A stretch of 62,988 nucleotides of DNA, filler included, from Perkinsus chesapeaki ATCC PRA-425 (Eukaryota; Protista; Perkinsozoa): assembly GCA_013115145.1 (NCBI GenBank). It is 5 parts of 5 records of this genome, joined end to end, with 100 filler letters (N's around TTAATTAATTAA, not from the genome) between each part and the next. Parts side by side here need not be neighbours in the genome. Positions count along the whole stretch, not along the records: positions 1 to 19,953 come from JAAPAO010000629.1; positions 20,054 to 36,482 come from JAAPAO010000707.1; 3 more parts are not named here. One strand, 5' to 3'. Both the position numbers and the translations under genes were made by a program. This document shows, piece after piece, positions 10,596-24,767 of this stretch (positions are counted from its first letter, which is position 1; each line of letters opens with the position of its first letter). The notes beneath the pieces were generated by a model that saw nothing but the letters and a program-made list of their open reading frames with translations, did no database searches and was not told where the DNA came from.

Positions 10596-13329
10596 GGAGG
10601 ACAATAGAGGTGATGATGCTATAGTGGGCGGTTGAAGAATGCTTAATCATAATGGAAGGGTAAATATTCGTGGAATTGATTCATCATCCACCGCTAAACT
10701 GAAGTATCTATCAGCGAATTAGATCTCTCAAGTATGGTGTTGTTCTCTTTCCATTGGTTATTTTGTATTATGTCATCGAAACTTGTCCGTAGAATATATA
10801 TCGCAGATTCTTTGCCGTGAATTAGGCGGGTTTTGAACCAGTCAACTCCCCTCTGAAGGCGTTCCATTTCATGTATATTTTTCACTTTGAAGTCGCTTAG
10901 CTTTTGGCATCCCATGCAGGATCCAAAATTGAGGTCTGACGGTCTTCATTCGTAGCGGAGGTATAACCAACCGCTCTAAGGAGGGTGTTATCTCCCCTTC
11001 GTCGACGGCGACGGTTGCCCACGGCGACCACAATCGTGCTTTAGGATGATAGAAATAATTCTACAGGACAGCAGTGTTAGATCCGGAAGACCTACGTACT
11101 ATTCTGCTATGGTCTGCCCGTTCTTACGAGTGCGTAAATGGGTATCTTTACACTCGCATATTTTTCGCATGCCTTGAATAATCCCAGGTTCAACGATTGA
11201 ACTACAATTCAACTATTCAACAACTATTCAACCAGAATGATATTTTGAAAATATTATTTTCTTGCAGATCCTTTTGAATGGTACAAACCGCCATAATCCG
11301 ACGGTTTTAATGGACCACGTTGAGGATCAAAGGAAGATCATTGCCGTCAATCCACTGGGATTGATGCGCCTGCAGAGCTGGGATGACTTCTTTGGTAGTA
11401 TTCCATGGAAACTTATCGCAAAAAATAGTGCAAATTTTCCTGACAATAGCTCAAATTTTGCCTTAGACAGAGCAAGGTGTTGAAGGATGATGATCTACGC
11501 CGGTCTAGTTGATCGTTTCGCCGGCTAACCTATGTGTTCACTGGGCTTTATCAGAACCGCTCGGGGTTTTTTCCCCAAATATATGTTAATGAGAATAGGT
11601 TTCGGAGGTTTTGAGAGTCGGTGAACGAACCGATGGAATCATTGGGAACTTTCTCTCTTCGGATACCGAAACCCTCCAACTGGTGATGGCCCTACCGGCG
11701 ATACTCCAACTAAGTTAGCATCAGCGCCAGCAGCAGTCTTGCGAGTTGAACTAACAACACTAGTGCTCAGCAGTAACTGCTGGCGCTGATGCTGAAACTG
11801 GGTTCGGCCTGCCGCTTCAACTGGTGCCGTTGGAACTGCCTCCGGTTGTTCCCGTTCCACCTGTGGCCGCGCCGGATGTCTGGCAGCCTGTTGTCCGCGC
11901 TTACCAGATCAATTCGGAATTGGGAGATGCAGCTGCTGCTTTGGTTCAGCAGCACCTTACATCTGGTGCCAAGTTGGCACCAGATAAGACTTGCCAAGTC
12001 TTGTTAACGAACATCAACAGTGGCAAGGCCGTTGGAGCGTTGTCCATGCTATTAGGCGACACCGTGGGCCGTCCGACAGGGGATTTAGCCTCAGCGGGTA
12101 GGGCCATTGCTCAACGGCCGGCATCATACTGTTTGGTGATGATCCGGACCGCCATCCTGCTTTGGGTGGCAGTTTTGGCTTGGTTGGATGGAATTCGTAT
12201 GATTGTCGGGGAGCGCAGACGCTGTGACGATCAGTTCGATTGCGGCCTCGACAGCATTGCTGACCTCCGCCTAGATGGGTGGGGATTATCTCAATACGGA
12301 CGGGTTGGAAATCGGGACAGTTGGGAAGGGTTTGACTACTTGGTCCTCATGTTAACCGCGGACGTTATTGGGTTTGCGGGGCCAGCGGCGGTGCGTTATG
12401 GAATTATCAACGCTGGCCGAGACATCACGGTATTATACCCATAGTGCATCAGACCCAACATCGCGATGGACTAGTCGCTCTCATGATTATGGGACATGAT
12501 TTTCCGCTAATCTTATGGAAGATGTGATGATTTTTGTCCGTGATAGGAACTCAAATTGAGTCACTCAATCGACCCTTATGAGTTATTTTGGTGCGGACTG
12601 CCGGTTGGAAATCGCGAACCGGCTCGTCTTCGGTATTTCATGGCAATGTGACATTGCCGTTGTCGTTGAGTCTATTAGTAGTCACTTTGGGGATACCTTC
12701 TGTATAGGTCAGTTCCGATGGCCAGACCACCTCAGCGATCGCTTCCAGTCCAACATGATTCATTACGGGTAATATGGTTTAGAGATATTGAAGAGTTTTT
12801 TGCAACGTGGGTCGGCAATTGGGATTTCACAATAGAACTGATCCTGGTGATTCCATTGCAGACGGAGAGGAGTTGTTTCCGAGGGTGAATATATTCACAT
12901 TCCTCATCCATCATTTATTACTATTGGTAATATTGCATCTTATATTTTCCTCAGTTGGAACTACATTCTCCTGGCATATGGAGTAATAGCGTTCCTATCA
13001 GCCTTCACAGCAAAAGGCTTCTTCATGAACTTCCTTGCCATAGCACAAGTCTTGGTAGGCCTCCTCCCCGCTGCCCAGCTTGAATGGTTTCTCAGGCATT
13101 AGCAATTCCGTATCATGACAGCCGCAATCCCGCGCACGATGCCGATTTGGCCTATTACTCTTTGTGGGGGGTAAGTGGGCGAAAACGCCACAGAATCGGA
13201 AATTTTCACCCCTTTAGTTCCTTGCGTGCCATTTACTACTGTGGTATCAGTTCTTGAGCTTGCTATCAAGAAGCCCATTCTACTGCACCCTTGTTATAGT
13301 GCTGATAACGGCTCATGCTAGCTTCCGGA

Positions 13330-14262
13330 CCAGAGAGTGGGTGAGACTTATGAAGGACACTATGAAGAAGAGAGGAGGCCAGCAGCAGCAAGTGGGGGAC
13401 GGCAAGCCTGTCTATAATCCTTGGGTAACAAAGATTAGGGTTACTGAAGCTGCTCTTCGAGGCGAGGTGAAGGCGATAAATTTATCGAAATTTTGAAAAA
13501 ATTTTCCGGAACAACGAGAGCAGTAGCGGCGAAATTTCGGGCTCTGTTCGATGGGCGGAGCGATTGGTAAGAATTCATTCAGGCAAGCGCGGCCAATGGA
13601 GACTCAGCTGAAAGGCAACGTAGAGCGAATCAAAGAAGAGCGCCGATGGAATAAAGTTTAGCGGAGCGAAACAAGAATTATTGTTAATATTGAATTTTGC
13701 AATGGTTTCTGTTCGGTTAGGTGTTGTTCGGCATTTATTAATTAAACATAGTGGGGTCGAATATTATCCTCCTCAGAAGTATCTGACAAGTTCCTTGCAT
13801 TTCTTTGGAGACATCTTTGCGCCTCTATTGCTGTGGGCCGCGAATTTACAATTTGTAAAATTGCTTGAACTCGCGCAAAGTGGTTTGCTAATTTCCTCGG
13901 CGGTTTCTGCAGCTACCTTGCGTACGCCTAAATTGGAGGCAGACAAGCGGTAGCGTTCTTCTACTGCGCACTCTCTGGTGGCAAAGCAAGGGAGTTGTGG
14001 GCTACTTGGTCATCAGTTTGTTACTTTATTATCATAATTTCATACGCTTCCGCCCACAGAGGTCTTTATCACGAACGCATCCCTCTATACTATGACCAGA
14101 GCCGATGCTGAGCTTCGTAAAGAAGTTACTGCTAGCAGGAGGAGGGCTAGCAATGGTAGTATCGATGGCTACAGGAACCAAGCCTATGGGGTAGAGAATC
14201 ATGGGGCCACTGGAGGCTACTATAAAGAAGTGAGTGGGACGGGGGAGTGGTGGGATGAGTAA
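13330..14262 (+). CDS. Possible small multi-exon gene, unknown product
   Basis: Exon-like segments (MKDTMKKRGGQQQQVGDGKPVYNPW; terminal ADAELRKEVTASRRRASNGSIDGY...GEWWDE-TAA). Exon chain not resolved. Confidence 0.25.
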
Positions 14263-14699
14263 TGAAGTGGGGTATAGTAGGTGATGTCTAGAAAGTATTG
14301 CTACAGGCGGACAAAAACCTAGGTAGAACGAACTCCGTATTGCACTTTAATTTTCTGTGATGTTGTATGTTTATCAACTCATTTTATGGATGATGTTTTA
14401 TTAAAAGGGTATTAGTATGCACTCCTGCAAACTCTTTGTGATTACGCAAAAACCACAACAACAATGCAGGTGTACATGCACTCCATGGCTCTTGCTTATT
14501 ATTGCTCACGGATATCACTTTGTACACTGGAGGGGACCCGCGGTATGGTAACCGCTATCCGACAGCGCGTACAGCTTCAAGAAAACTGCACAAGGAAGCA
14601 GAAAGGCGTAGGACAGAGTGTTGACTTCGTTACGGTTGGGATGATGCTGTACCGCTCCAGGCAGCAATCCGACAAATAAGCCTTTTTGAATAATTTACT

Positions 14700-17600
14700 C
14701 CATGGTTACTCGGAAGGGCATAGGAAAGAGTTGATCACTAAGTTGTATAGGCCAGTGGTGCGAGAAGAAAAAGTTGTGCCCCTGTTATCGGTGCTACATC
14801 TTGCAGGCTCTCCATCTGTGAGGTTTCTTCCATTGTATTGGTTTTATTTCACTGCTTCTACTTCTGGTACGGCGAAATAAATCATCCGTCATCTCATCTG
14901 TCAGGCTAATTCGAGCGGCCGTCTGCGCCAAGAAGATGGGAGTGATCTCAATTACAGTAGCAGCGATGAGGGCAGTGAGGAGGGCTCCGTGCGAGCTCAG
15001 AGCAGGTGAGAAAATAACCTCCACTTCATGTGAGCTGGGAGTAGTCCATCGCATTCACCGGACAAATCGATCGTTCGTTATTGGCGACCGTGTATGGAGT
15101 ATGATTACTTCAGGCCAGTGAGCTGCCGTGTTGTTCCAGTCCGGGATAGAGGTCGAAGTTCCTTGCCGGGGGTTGATAACTTACGGAGTGCTAAGAATAA
15201 GACACAAGGAGAAGTGGCCTACCGTGCCGAATGCCGAAGAGAAATACTCAGTAAGTATGATGATGATGGTGCCGGCAATTCCTTGCTTGTATGCTTTCAA
15301 GGACGATTATTGTTATATCAAATTCGTAGACTTGTACGCGTTAAATTGGCGATTATATGATTGGTAGTTACGTATAATATGAAATCAGCTATGTACAGTA
15401 GAGATTCGTCTGCGATGTTGAAGCTTCATTTCGATACTGATTGAATAGTTGATTCAATCACTAGTAGTTAATTTTCAAACTGACTCATCTTGAATTGCTC
15501 GTGAATCTGGTGGGGTAATGCATCAAATCACATTTTGCGAGTGTAACTCCAGTATTGAGCGCACGAGCAAGTTGCGATTGAAGGATTGCCCAAGATATAG
15601 TAACGTAGCTTCTCAGGATAGAGTGGAACTGCTGAACCTTTAAGTGGATATAACTGCCTGAGCCATTATAGGCATCCATTAGTAGTTGCGTCCATCTTAT
15701 CAGATAAATATGCTGATTTATTGAGAGTAGGGGAGCTGTGGATAAACGGGCAACCGACAAGGTGGCAGACTGGAGGCTTTGGTAAAGAGGTAAGTTCGAG
15801 GGGACGATCATGTTCTATTATTCCTGAGTCTCCTTGTTACGAAGTTACTAGGTTCTTACTAATAGTCCGAACCTAGTAACCAACAGCATAGTAACTAATA
15901 GACTATCAGTAATAGTAACATCAGAGTAAGGGACTATACTGTGAAATGTTCGAGCCGAATCTATTCGACCATCGACCCCTTTACTACGGTTTTATGAAAA
16001 ACGCAGCTGGGTCACCTTCTCTTCTATACTTTTACAAAGAGCAACCCGCGATTTCCTTTCAGGGCTGGTTTGACCATTTCGAGTTGGCCTTCCGTGCCCG
16101 ACTAAGGGAGCTTGAGCGTGCCGGCCTGGTTCCACCTTGTGGCCTTGCGGATGAGATTACACTCATTTATTGGGTATGTCTGCCACAACTTGCATCGCTC
16201 CGCTGTGCTTTGCCATTTTTTCTATCAGGTGTGCAAGTTGACGTCTATAAATTACTGTTTATGGGAGATTTGCTCCTATATACGAGAGTCTTTAGAGAAA
16301 TCACGTAAGCATGGGATCAGTCGGTTTCCAGTATACCCGCTACGCAGTTGCCGGTGCCAGAATTCATGCACATGTTCGCTCACGCGCAGAGAGGAAAAAA
16401 ATTAAGAAAATTATAAATTCGGTAAATTACGGCTCATTTTCCTCGGATGAGCATCACAGGGTACATGTCCCATGGAAATTCGATGAGAAAAATTCATCCT
16501 TGGAAAACTAGTAATACTGAGCCCGACGTTAGAAAGTGTCAGGACGGTAATTCCTTAGTTCTTAGTAGTATGAATGAGATTTTTGCAAATTTTGGTATCA
16601 CATATATCCTATTATACACTAAGCAACTAGTCTTCCTCCTGATTCGCTTAGGTATGATAATTCTGGAAACCTTTGATCCAGTCGACCCTACAGAGTCGAT
16701 TCTCGTTTACTCTCTCACTCTAGTTGGCGCTGCTACCGGCAGCATATGTATGAGCTGGACCAAGGGAAATAATATTATGTAAGCACAATGGGGAGTTCAG
16801 TACCATCTCAGTTAGCTGCCTTCCTTACACTAGGTTGTGAACTTTTATATAGAAGCCCTATTGTATTATAAGACGAATCGACACGTTTGTTGCCTCAAGC
16901 TGCATGGGGCAAAATCAGCCTTCATTTGCACTGTTTGTTGGCTAAGTGTAAAATGACATCAACGTCCTCTGTTCCTATGTAGCACCTCCTACATGGCAAA
17001 ATATAGAGTGCGTGAAGCAGTTCCGTGTCGCGAATTCCCGGGACTTTTCGACGGAGGCTCCGTCGTGATTTATATTCCCTATTGTAGTCTGCATTGTACT
17101 ACCACGCTCTGGATTGCTCATTTATATTTAGGTATGTTAATAGACACGGAGAACGTAAATGCAAAGGGACAGTGAAGACAATTGAGACACAAGTTCCGCT
17201 TCGGTTATTGGACGACTCTGATGTGGAAACCTTCAAGCCTATCTATGACGTGGTAGGCCCCAATTTTGAGCCTCAACGTATTCGGTCATGAAATGTGAGA
17301 GCATCCAGCTGCTTTCCTAGCATTCTCGGCGAAAAATGATTTTCCACGGGGATATAAGACGATTCCCTTTGTTGCCCGTTCAATTCACAGAGTTCCCTTG
17401 CCAAGCCTCCTTCCGTTTTCAGGATATGGAGCTCATAGTCAACCGAGGCCTGGGCGATAAAATTGCCAGTCGACTGAACTGCTTTAACACTGGTGTTGGC
17501 AAATGTACCGTACGTAGGCCGGCGAATGGACTGGGAGCTTTTTCTTTTAGTTACTGATTCATCATCCTTGGTTTCCGCAACAGAGCCACTGATGCCGCGG

Positions 17601-18621
17601 GGCAGTTCGATGCTCAGGGAACTGAGTTATCCTACTGTAAGCATGAGCCCGGAGGAAATTCCACTTTTCGAAGTGAGTGTTTTCGCACGGCGGGTTTGAT
17701 CTAAAGGACCTCCTTTAGGGCTCGAGAGGCCGACGCACGAGTACTACGTATACAAGCGACAGAAGGTAAGGGTATTCCTGTGGATTTGTAGCGAGCGGTG
17801 CTAATGTCAGTTGCAGTGAGGACGGTAGTGAAGAGCGATTTAGAAAGCGTGCCGAAGCGCAGCAGCGCTTACATGAGCTTCAACGGTTAGTTAGTTAGGA
17901 GCCCTTTTAAATGATACTGGTGATGATGACAGGTATCGGAGGTACATTAAAACCTCTTCTGGCGAACTCATCCAGGATTCATCACCTAGTGCGAGTCGAA
18001 GCCGGAGGGTTAGTAGCGGCGGTGCTACTGCTGATAGTCAGTCGCCGACACGCACGCCAAGGTGAGCCACTTTGCTGGTTCCAGAAAGACCTTTCGTATC
18101 GGTTTGTTCACAGTGAAGCTCACCTGTCACGCGTTCTCTCAAGGCAATTCCATGCTAGATTCACTATAGTCTGGTTTTGCCAGATCTCTTTCTGCGAGAT
18201 TGCTATTCTGTGTTTGCACAGGTACAGTCGTGGTGGCTCGCAACAGTCGATACCAGACGAGTTCGACCTGTCGGATGACGGCCGTGACCATCTCCGAAAC
18301 TTCCAGCGTAAAAATGCTACACCAGATACTGCATCAACAGCCGTCAGCAAGAAATCTGTCACCTTTGCGAGAAATGGTAAGCTCGCACTTTCACAGCGGA
18401 ATCGGAGGAGCTGGTTTCAGAACTGACCGATGAAGGAGACCGGCGAACGGAAGCAAGGCGGCGCCTTGAGGAGCTGAAGCAGTATCGCAGGTAGGAGTGC
18501 TCGCGCACAATTCGTCCTCTGCTGTTACTCGTATTTTACCTTTTCCAGATACATAAAAAACCAGCAGGTGGAAGCTGAGGATTGTGACGCTGCGCCATCT
18601 CGTGTACCACCGTCCTGGTGA
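14700..18621 (+). CDS. One or more intron-rich genes, unknown product
   Basis: Series of open exon-like blocks bounded by GTGAG/GTAAG donors and YAG acceptors. The last three exons splice in frame (...KSVTFARN/AESEELVSELTDEGDRR...LKQYR/RYIKNQQVEAEDCDAAPSRVPPSW-TGA 18619-18621). The 5' limit is uncertain. Confidence 0.4.
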
Positions 18622-19953
18622 CCTTCAATGAGTGTATCATATTTACCCTATGCGTTTTTGTATGACGCTATGTTTTTGAACAAGTTCAAGTCATTCATCA
18701 ATAAAGAGATTATGCGGCATAATTTATGCCTGCCGATGTAGAGTCTACATTACACGCGAAGGGTTCCTGTTATAGACAGTGTTGAGTTGATGGCAAGTAA
18801 ATATCACCGACGGTGATTCACCGTACATTAGAGTGTCGTATTACGATAAGTCACCTACGCTAGTTTCGCACCTCAAAGCATAATGTACCATCTGTCACAG
18901 AGTCATACCTACAGTAGTTCTGCTCAATCTTATGAGTATCTTCCTTGAGTAACTCAATGCACTACTTTAGTGGGTAGAAACCTCGCTAGGGCGTTCGCAC
19001 AGCGCGGCAACCTTTGAACTACATTCCTCTAGGGTTCGTGGAGCAGGGACCTCCTCGAAAACCGAGGCTGTCTCCAAAAACCTTCGTGAAACGGGCTGGA
19101 CGGACGGACCCCTGATAACGCGTATAGCATTCGAAACCTAGCTTCGGTCTCTACAGGTCTTTCCTGATTCAACCGCTCGGACGTATCCGCTGAACCCTAT
19201 CCCGAGTCGATCCTTCCCGAGGTACTTCTCCGCTCACTTGTTCTATTTTCATGTTGCACCTTATGTCACGAATAAACCTTGTCGCGCAAACTGGGGCTTT
19301 ACTGTGGCGCCTAGATGACTAAAATAATGATACAGCGCACAGATGTTGACCTATGTGGCTCAATAATATTGAGACAATATCAGGCGTGTGGTTGGCAGAA
19401 TTGGCAGGGTATCAGCCTTCGTCGCGATTCTTTTTTGCAATTAATGATCATATTTCAATCATTGAGAGTCCTCGTCGAGGACTCCTCGAGCGTTGGTCAC
19501 CTCCTTATTGGGTCAGCGTAATACAGACGGAAAATGCCAACTACAGTTGTCATGCTGTTTCAGGTTGTGATGGCGACCATCCTGGAGGTTTCGTAATAAG
19601 GACCTTCATGTTCTTTGAAAGGCGGCGCGGAAGTCCGGGTTACTCATTAAGTCTTACTCGTCTTGACCGGAGCAAACATTGCTAATAATGTAGGTCAGGC
19701 TACGGGTCAAATCGAAATTCCGCTCACTTTAAGATTTAAGGAGCACACGAAGAATGGCTTACGTGTTCAACGGCAGCGGGTAGCGACCTCAGTACTTCGC
19801 CACTGTCTTCTAGAGCCGGAATGTAACTTCTACGAGAGAAGCGGAAGCGGAAAACTATGTTCGTCAACAAGATACGGGATGCGCTTCATCCACGCCTGCC
19901 GCGCTCGACGCACAGCGCGCTACGCGCGACTGGCGTGGCACGTTTACTGAGCC

Positions 19954-20053
19954 NNNNNNNNNNNNNNNNNNNNNNNNNNNNNNNNNNNNNNNNNNNNTTA
20001 ATTAATTAANNNNNNNNNNNNNNNNNNNNNNNNNNNNNNNNNNNNNNNNNNNN
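19954..20053. other. Assembly gap linker (N44-TTAATTAATTAA-N44)
   Basis: 100-bp N block with a six-frame stop sequence. Identical linkers occur at 36483-36582, 59549-59648 and 61105-61204. Confidence 0.95.
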
Positions 20054-20124
20054 GAGGTGCTTTAGTAACTTCAATATACCCTGGGAGGTGCTTTAGTAAC
20101 TTCAATATACCCTGGGAGGTGCTT
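20054..20124. repeat. 31-bp tandem repeat x2.3 at contig edge
   Basis: GAGGTGCTTTAGTAACTTCAATATACCCTGG twice plus a partial copy, immediately after the gap. Confidence 0.9.
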
Positions 20125-20522
20125 CAATGATAATGAAAGACTGTCCCTGTGATAGCAATACTGAGTGAGAGAGTGGTGGAGTGGAGCTGTGGCGCGGATT
20201 AACTCGTTTCCGCCTCAAGATATTGTACAAGTGGCTTGTAAGTGGTCGACTCGAGTCGACTCCGTAGAAGCTGGGAAACTATCAAGGTTCATATTGACCG
20301 GTTATCATCGCAGTTACAGCTCTCTTAAATGACATAGAATATTTTGTTTTTTGACGATTTATCGTCCGCTATTGAGTGTACGACCGTAAAATTTCGAAGC
20401 ATAGTAGTTGTCGTGTGAGCTTTGTCTGGGTTGGCGTGTATGAGGTTTTATAACGATAATGCAACTCAACTCGGAAGTTACAGACGTGAAGTTAAACAGC
20501 TGGTAAAATGTATACTGTAATA

Positions 20523-23500
20523 TCATCGAGGGAGTCTCTCCATCGATACCACCAACCTGAGCGTTTAACCAATATTGGACGGCTGACTTCTCATATCGGC
20601 CTCTTACCTTCCTAGACCAGCGCTGAGGATTTGCAGGCTAACATTGACAATCCGAAGCTCCTCCGGGCATGGAGGTAACAGCTTTGTGTAATTCGTTTCT
20701 GTGAGGAAGGGGGTATCTCGGGCAGTTTCTGGGGCATAGACGTCACGATACTGTACTGAGCTGCCTTCCGACGATGCCACGCTTTTCGATTCTTGACCAG
20801 CTCCTGTCAAACCAGCAATGGCATCGTCGATAGACTGTCCAGTTGCACTTACTTGACATCATAATAGATTCATCTCGTAAAATCACTCTTGTTGATGCCG
20901 CTACTTTCCCTCGCGCAGCCGCTTCTTGTTTGCGTTTTCGCTTTCTAGTTTTCTCTGCCGGATTATCACCTGCAACCCAAAAGCGGTATTAAAGCAATGT
21001 GATATAAAAGCACCGGCTACCGGCTAGCTCTTGTTCTTTCTCCATTCTGTCGAGCTCTGCCGGAGTGAATAGTTGTGATAGTTCTATGGGGAGGAGATAC
21101 CTGCATAGCCGATCGAGTAAGCTTTGGCCAAGTCATGACCCATTAGTGTCGAAGCACGAAAATCTACTGAGAAGTCTCGTGGATCTATCTGGCTCCGCGA
21201 GTGGCCAATTTCCTAATTTCTCTTATGGTGACATTTCGCTAAGTAAACCCCCAGCAGCGCATTCGCCTACACAAGCATCCCGTGGTCGACCAAAATATCC
21301 ACTGCTGTCTGTAGCAGATCCTCCATCACTTGGTCGGTCTCATACCTCACTTTCTGCGGAACATATGACATTCTATCGTTTATCTGCAACGAGGAGTAAA
21401 GTGCGAATAACAGACCCGACAGACCCACCACATGATCGGTCTTCGCCCCAACGCGTTTGGTGCCGGCTCGGATCCCATATGGAGGGTCGGTGAGAATGAC
21501 GTCGACGAAGCCGCCTGAAAAAGAAAGTAGCCAACCGTGGACGGCACTCAATAAGAAGCGGCTTTCCCTCCAATAGTTACATTCAGTGGGAATAGTGCAT
21601 TTCAAAATCAAACGGGTAATATGGAAATGTAGAGGTCTAGCAGTGACGTAAATCAGACAAAGATTCAATATTTCTTTCGTTAAGCAATCTGTAATGCTGC
21701 TGCTTTTCGATGAAGCTTCCTACGAAGCTCTGGACACAATATTGTGCATCAGAAATGCCTTAGATTCGCGAACCTCAGGGTGTACCCGTACCTACCGGAT
21801 TTGGCATCTTTCCGCCAAAATGGTGCAGCCATATCTGCGTGGATGACCTCCGGGCGTGCAAGGCCATAGCAAAGGAAATTGCGGAAGATTGAAATATCCT
21901 TCGGGCCGCTGTCGCCAGAAATCTTGTCAAGCAAGGGGGATTTGCCTTCATTCGCATAAGCGACTCGGTGGCCCTGATGAAAACAAAGCTGATTCGATAT
22001 CTTGGATTTCACCCGGAGAACTTCGAGTGTTCCTAGAATGACTTAAGCTGAGGTATCTCATGAACTATATGGTCAACCTCAACTTAAGTTAGTCTTGCAT
22101 TGTCATTTAGTGGAAGCAGCTTCGAGAGGGTCTCTGAGTTTCCTATCTACCTGGGACCGTCAAGAGCGGTTTTCAGTGCTGGGCGGGTTCGATGAAGGAG
22201 GAAGAAGAAAATTTAATAATAATACTGGATAAGCCCTATAAGAGCAAGCTATCATGATAGGAGTACGATACAAGTTAGGAAGACATAATTGATGAAACAA
22301 GCAACTTTCATATCAATAGTTGCTAGAGGAAAAGTTACTCACCCGTAGAACTCTAATGTCGATATCAGAGCCTATAACGAAGGCACCAAAATGAGCTGCA
22401 GTGAGCGCGAGTCCACCGGTGCCGACGAAACAGTCATATCTGCCAAAAAGATCATTCAAAGTTACATCGAAATCAAAAAAACCGTGGTGTCCAACTTACA
22501 CTATTTTCCCCTTGGCGATTTTAGCCAAGTTAGCCATAATGAAAGCAAGTTCGTTGTCCAAACTTGTTGGCCCTAGCACTGGTCTACACGTAAGCTCATA
22601 TCGAGCAAAGTAAGGCTCCTGCTTATCCTCATAGCGTCCAGCTGCAACCTAGCGGCAGTAAATGGCAGACAGGCTAAATGCCGCCATGGCGTACTTCTCT
22701 TGCACAAAAGTGCCTCTTAACTTTACTAGCTTTCCTATCTCCTGCCCCGCCTGGAGTAGCAGCATGTTCGTACTCGGATATGAGCCAAAGCACCTTATAA
22801 CAGAGTATCCAATAATACCGAATTTCCCGTCGTATGCAGTTCATAGTTCGAAAGAAGACGCGATATATCTTAGTTTTAAAAGTTCACAATTTCGGTAGGC
22901 GTGTGTTTGTGGAAAGTCCCGCAATTGAGAGATCCGTCCTGTCTACTTTTGTGTACGACGTATGAGCCATTGTAACTTCATATCTTTTAAGCGCCTCACG
23001 ATAAGCTTCATTACAAATCATTTATAAGTAAACACGTTATTTCAGTTGCTACTGTCATCTCACAGCCTTCGTAAGGTAAACGATGTTCTGATATAGTGCT
23101 ACTAATCGGCGAACCATCATCATACATTTTATACAAAGATTCTTTGCCGGAACTTCCTAGATAACGCTGCCCCTCTCACTGTGTTAGCATTATCCAAATC
23201 AATCTTCTCATCGCCGTCCCACAGGCAGCCAAACGCGTCCATTAGCTCCTGGCGCTCCCGGTTGGTGAACTTCCGCCCATATGCGAAAAGCTTGTACTTG
23301 AAGGAAAGCTCGTCCGTGATGATAGCTCTCCTCTTTTCGTGAGGCATTCTTCTATTCACATCCTCTATAGTCTCGGGGATAGTTTTACCGGTCCCCCAAA
23401 CTGATAGAATCGCCTAAGGATGGGCATGACATTCAAGTAAGGACAAGTAGGGTCGGCAAATTTAGGGGCATGTGGAGTGAGGATCAGCCACCGTGAAGTG

Positions 23501-24450
23501 TCAAGTTGTACAGAACGAACCCCTATGAGGGTAGTACGTTCATAGAGTCCTTTTAACAACGGCAGGTGAAGTTCCTGGTATGTACACGAACGACAATATG
23601 ATCATTTCGAATCGATATTTTACAGCTCAAAAACCACTGGCAGTTGCCTTACGCATCGAGACGGCGACAAGAGTGCCAGTAAGTTCCTGGCAGTAACACA
23701 AAGATGGACTGTAATTTTCCATTCAAGACAAGAAACTTTTTGGGCAGAAAGAACTTCCTTCTGAAGAATTAGTTAGAATTCTGGGAAAATGTTTGATGTT
23801 CTTCTTTCAAAGAAGAACATCAAACATTTTCCCTCTGGAAAATATTTCATCTTCTTGAAGGACTCCCTGCTTAACTCACCTTGACAAGGACAGATCTTTC
23901 AGCGATAGACTTTGCCACTTCATCGTTAGGAAGCCGGACATATACCCATGGTGACTCGACCAGGGCCGTTGGAGGATGAGTGGGAGACGCCTGAGTGAGC
24001 GAGCTGAGACCTTACGACCAGTAGGAGATCTGGGTGAGTTCAAAAGCACATAACATTGATGAAGAGGGCGATAAAGATGTACAGACGTGAAGCATGATAT
24101 CTCGGCAAAGTCAGATCCAATAGAGCACTTCGGGACACAAGGAGAACGATGCCCTGCAGTACAGGAAATAGGTTTGCGTTTGCTCGCTCATGATGAAAAA
24201 TACAAATAAAATCACTCCACTAGTAGTCTCAGAAGAAAGGGGAGGAATTACAAATGTAGAACACCGTTACCTTCATGTCGTCGTTCACAGCATACAGGCT
24301 CTCCTTGGGGACATCACCACACAACTCAGCAAGGGCTTCAAGCTCATGGAAGCGCAAGTTGTAATATGAGTTGTGATGGATGAACCAGACTAGATACACC
24401 GGCCAAGAATCAACGGACTCAACTATGTTACCACCAAGCGAGGAGGACAT
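20523..24450 (-). CDS. TRM11: tRNA (guanine(10)-N2)-methyltransferase, multi-exon
   Basis: Exons read YLVWF..LRFHELEAL, LGPTSLDNELAFIMANLAKIAKG, YDCFVGTGGLALTAAHFGAFVIGSDID (SAM-binding), ILTDPPYGIRAG (DPPY), and the spliced terminus GLGR/LVVSMERLPR-TGA at 20523. Confidence 0.88.
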
Positions 24451-24767
24451 AGGAAAATAAGCTTACAACTGCTCAACGAAGCTACTGCTCCAAAATCACT
24501 GGGAATCACGGCAAGTCAGGCTCACTGGCGGAAGGGTTCTATCCACGTGGACTTGTGCGAGAATCATCTTCATCACGACTCGCGATTCACAATAAAATAA
24601 TAAGGATACAGCATAAGCCCTATGAGAGCAAGCTAGCATGGCCATGGATTATAGTGATTTGATCATAAATGTCGTTGTTAGGGATCATTTACCAAACAAT
24701 ATCAGAGAAAATGGGCACCAAACTCGACGGCTTCCGAGAAGAAACAAACTATTAAAATTAGAAAAAC

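Noticed and set aside
12560-12780. Integrase-like GIPKV...NDNG on the minus strand
   Set aside because: Spacing does not fit GxPxxIxSDNG and no other integrase motifs were found.
18960-19315. Possible LTR with AATAAA followed by a TGGCGCC primer-binding-like site
   Set aside because: No TG...CA boundary, second LTR or gag/pol seen.
19998-20009. TTAATTAATTAA motif repeated four times in the window
   Set aside because: Artificial six-frame-stop linker inside N gaps, not biological. The ORF ends reading 'LIN' are artefacts.
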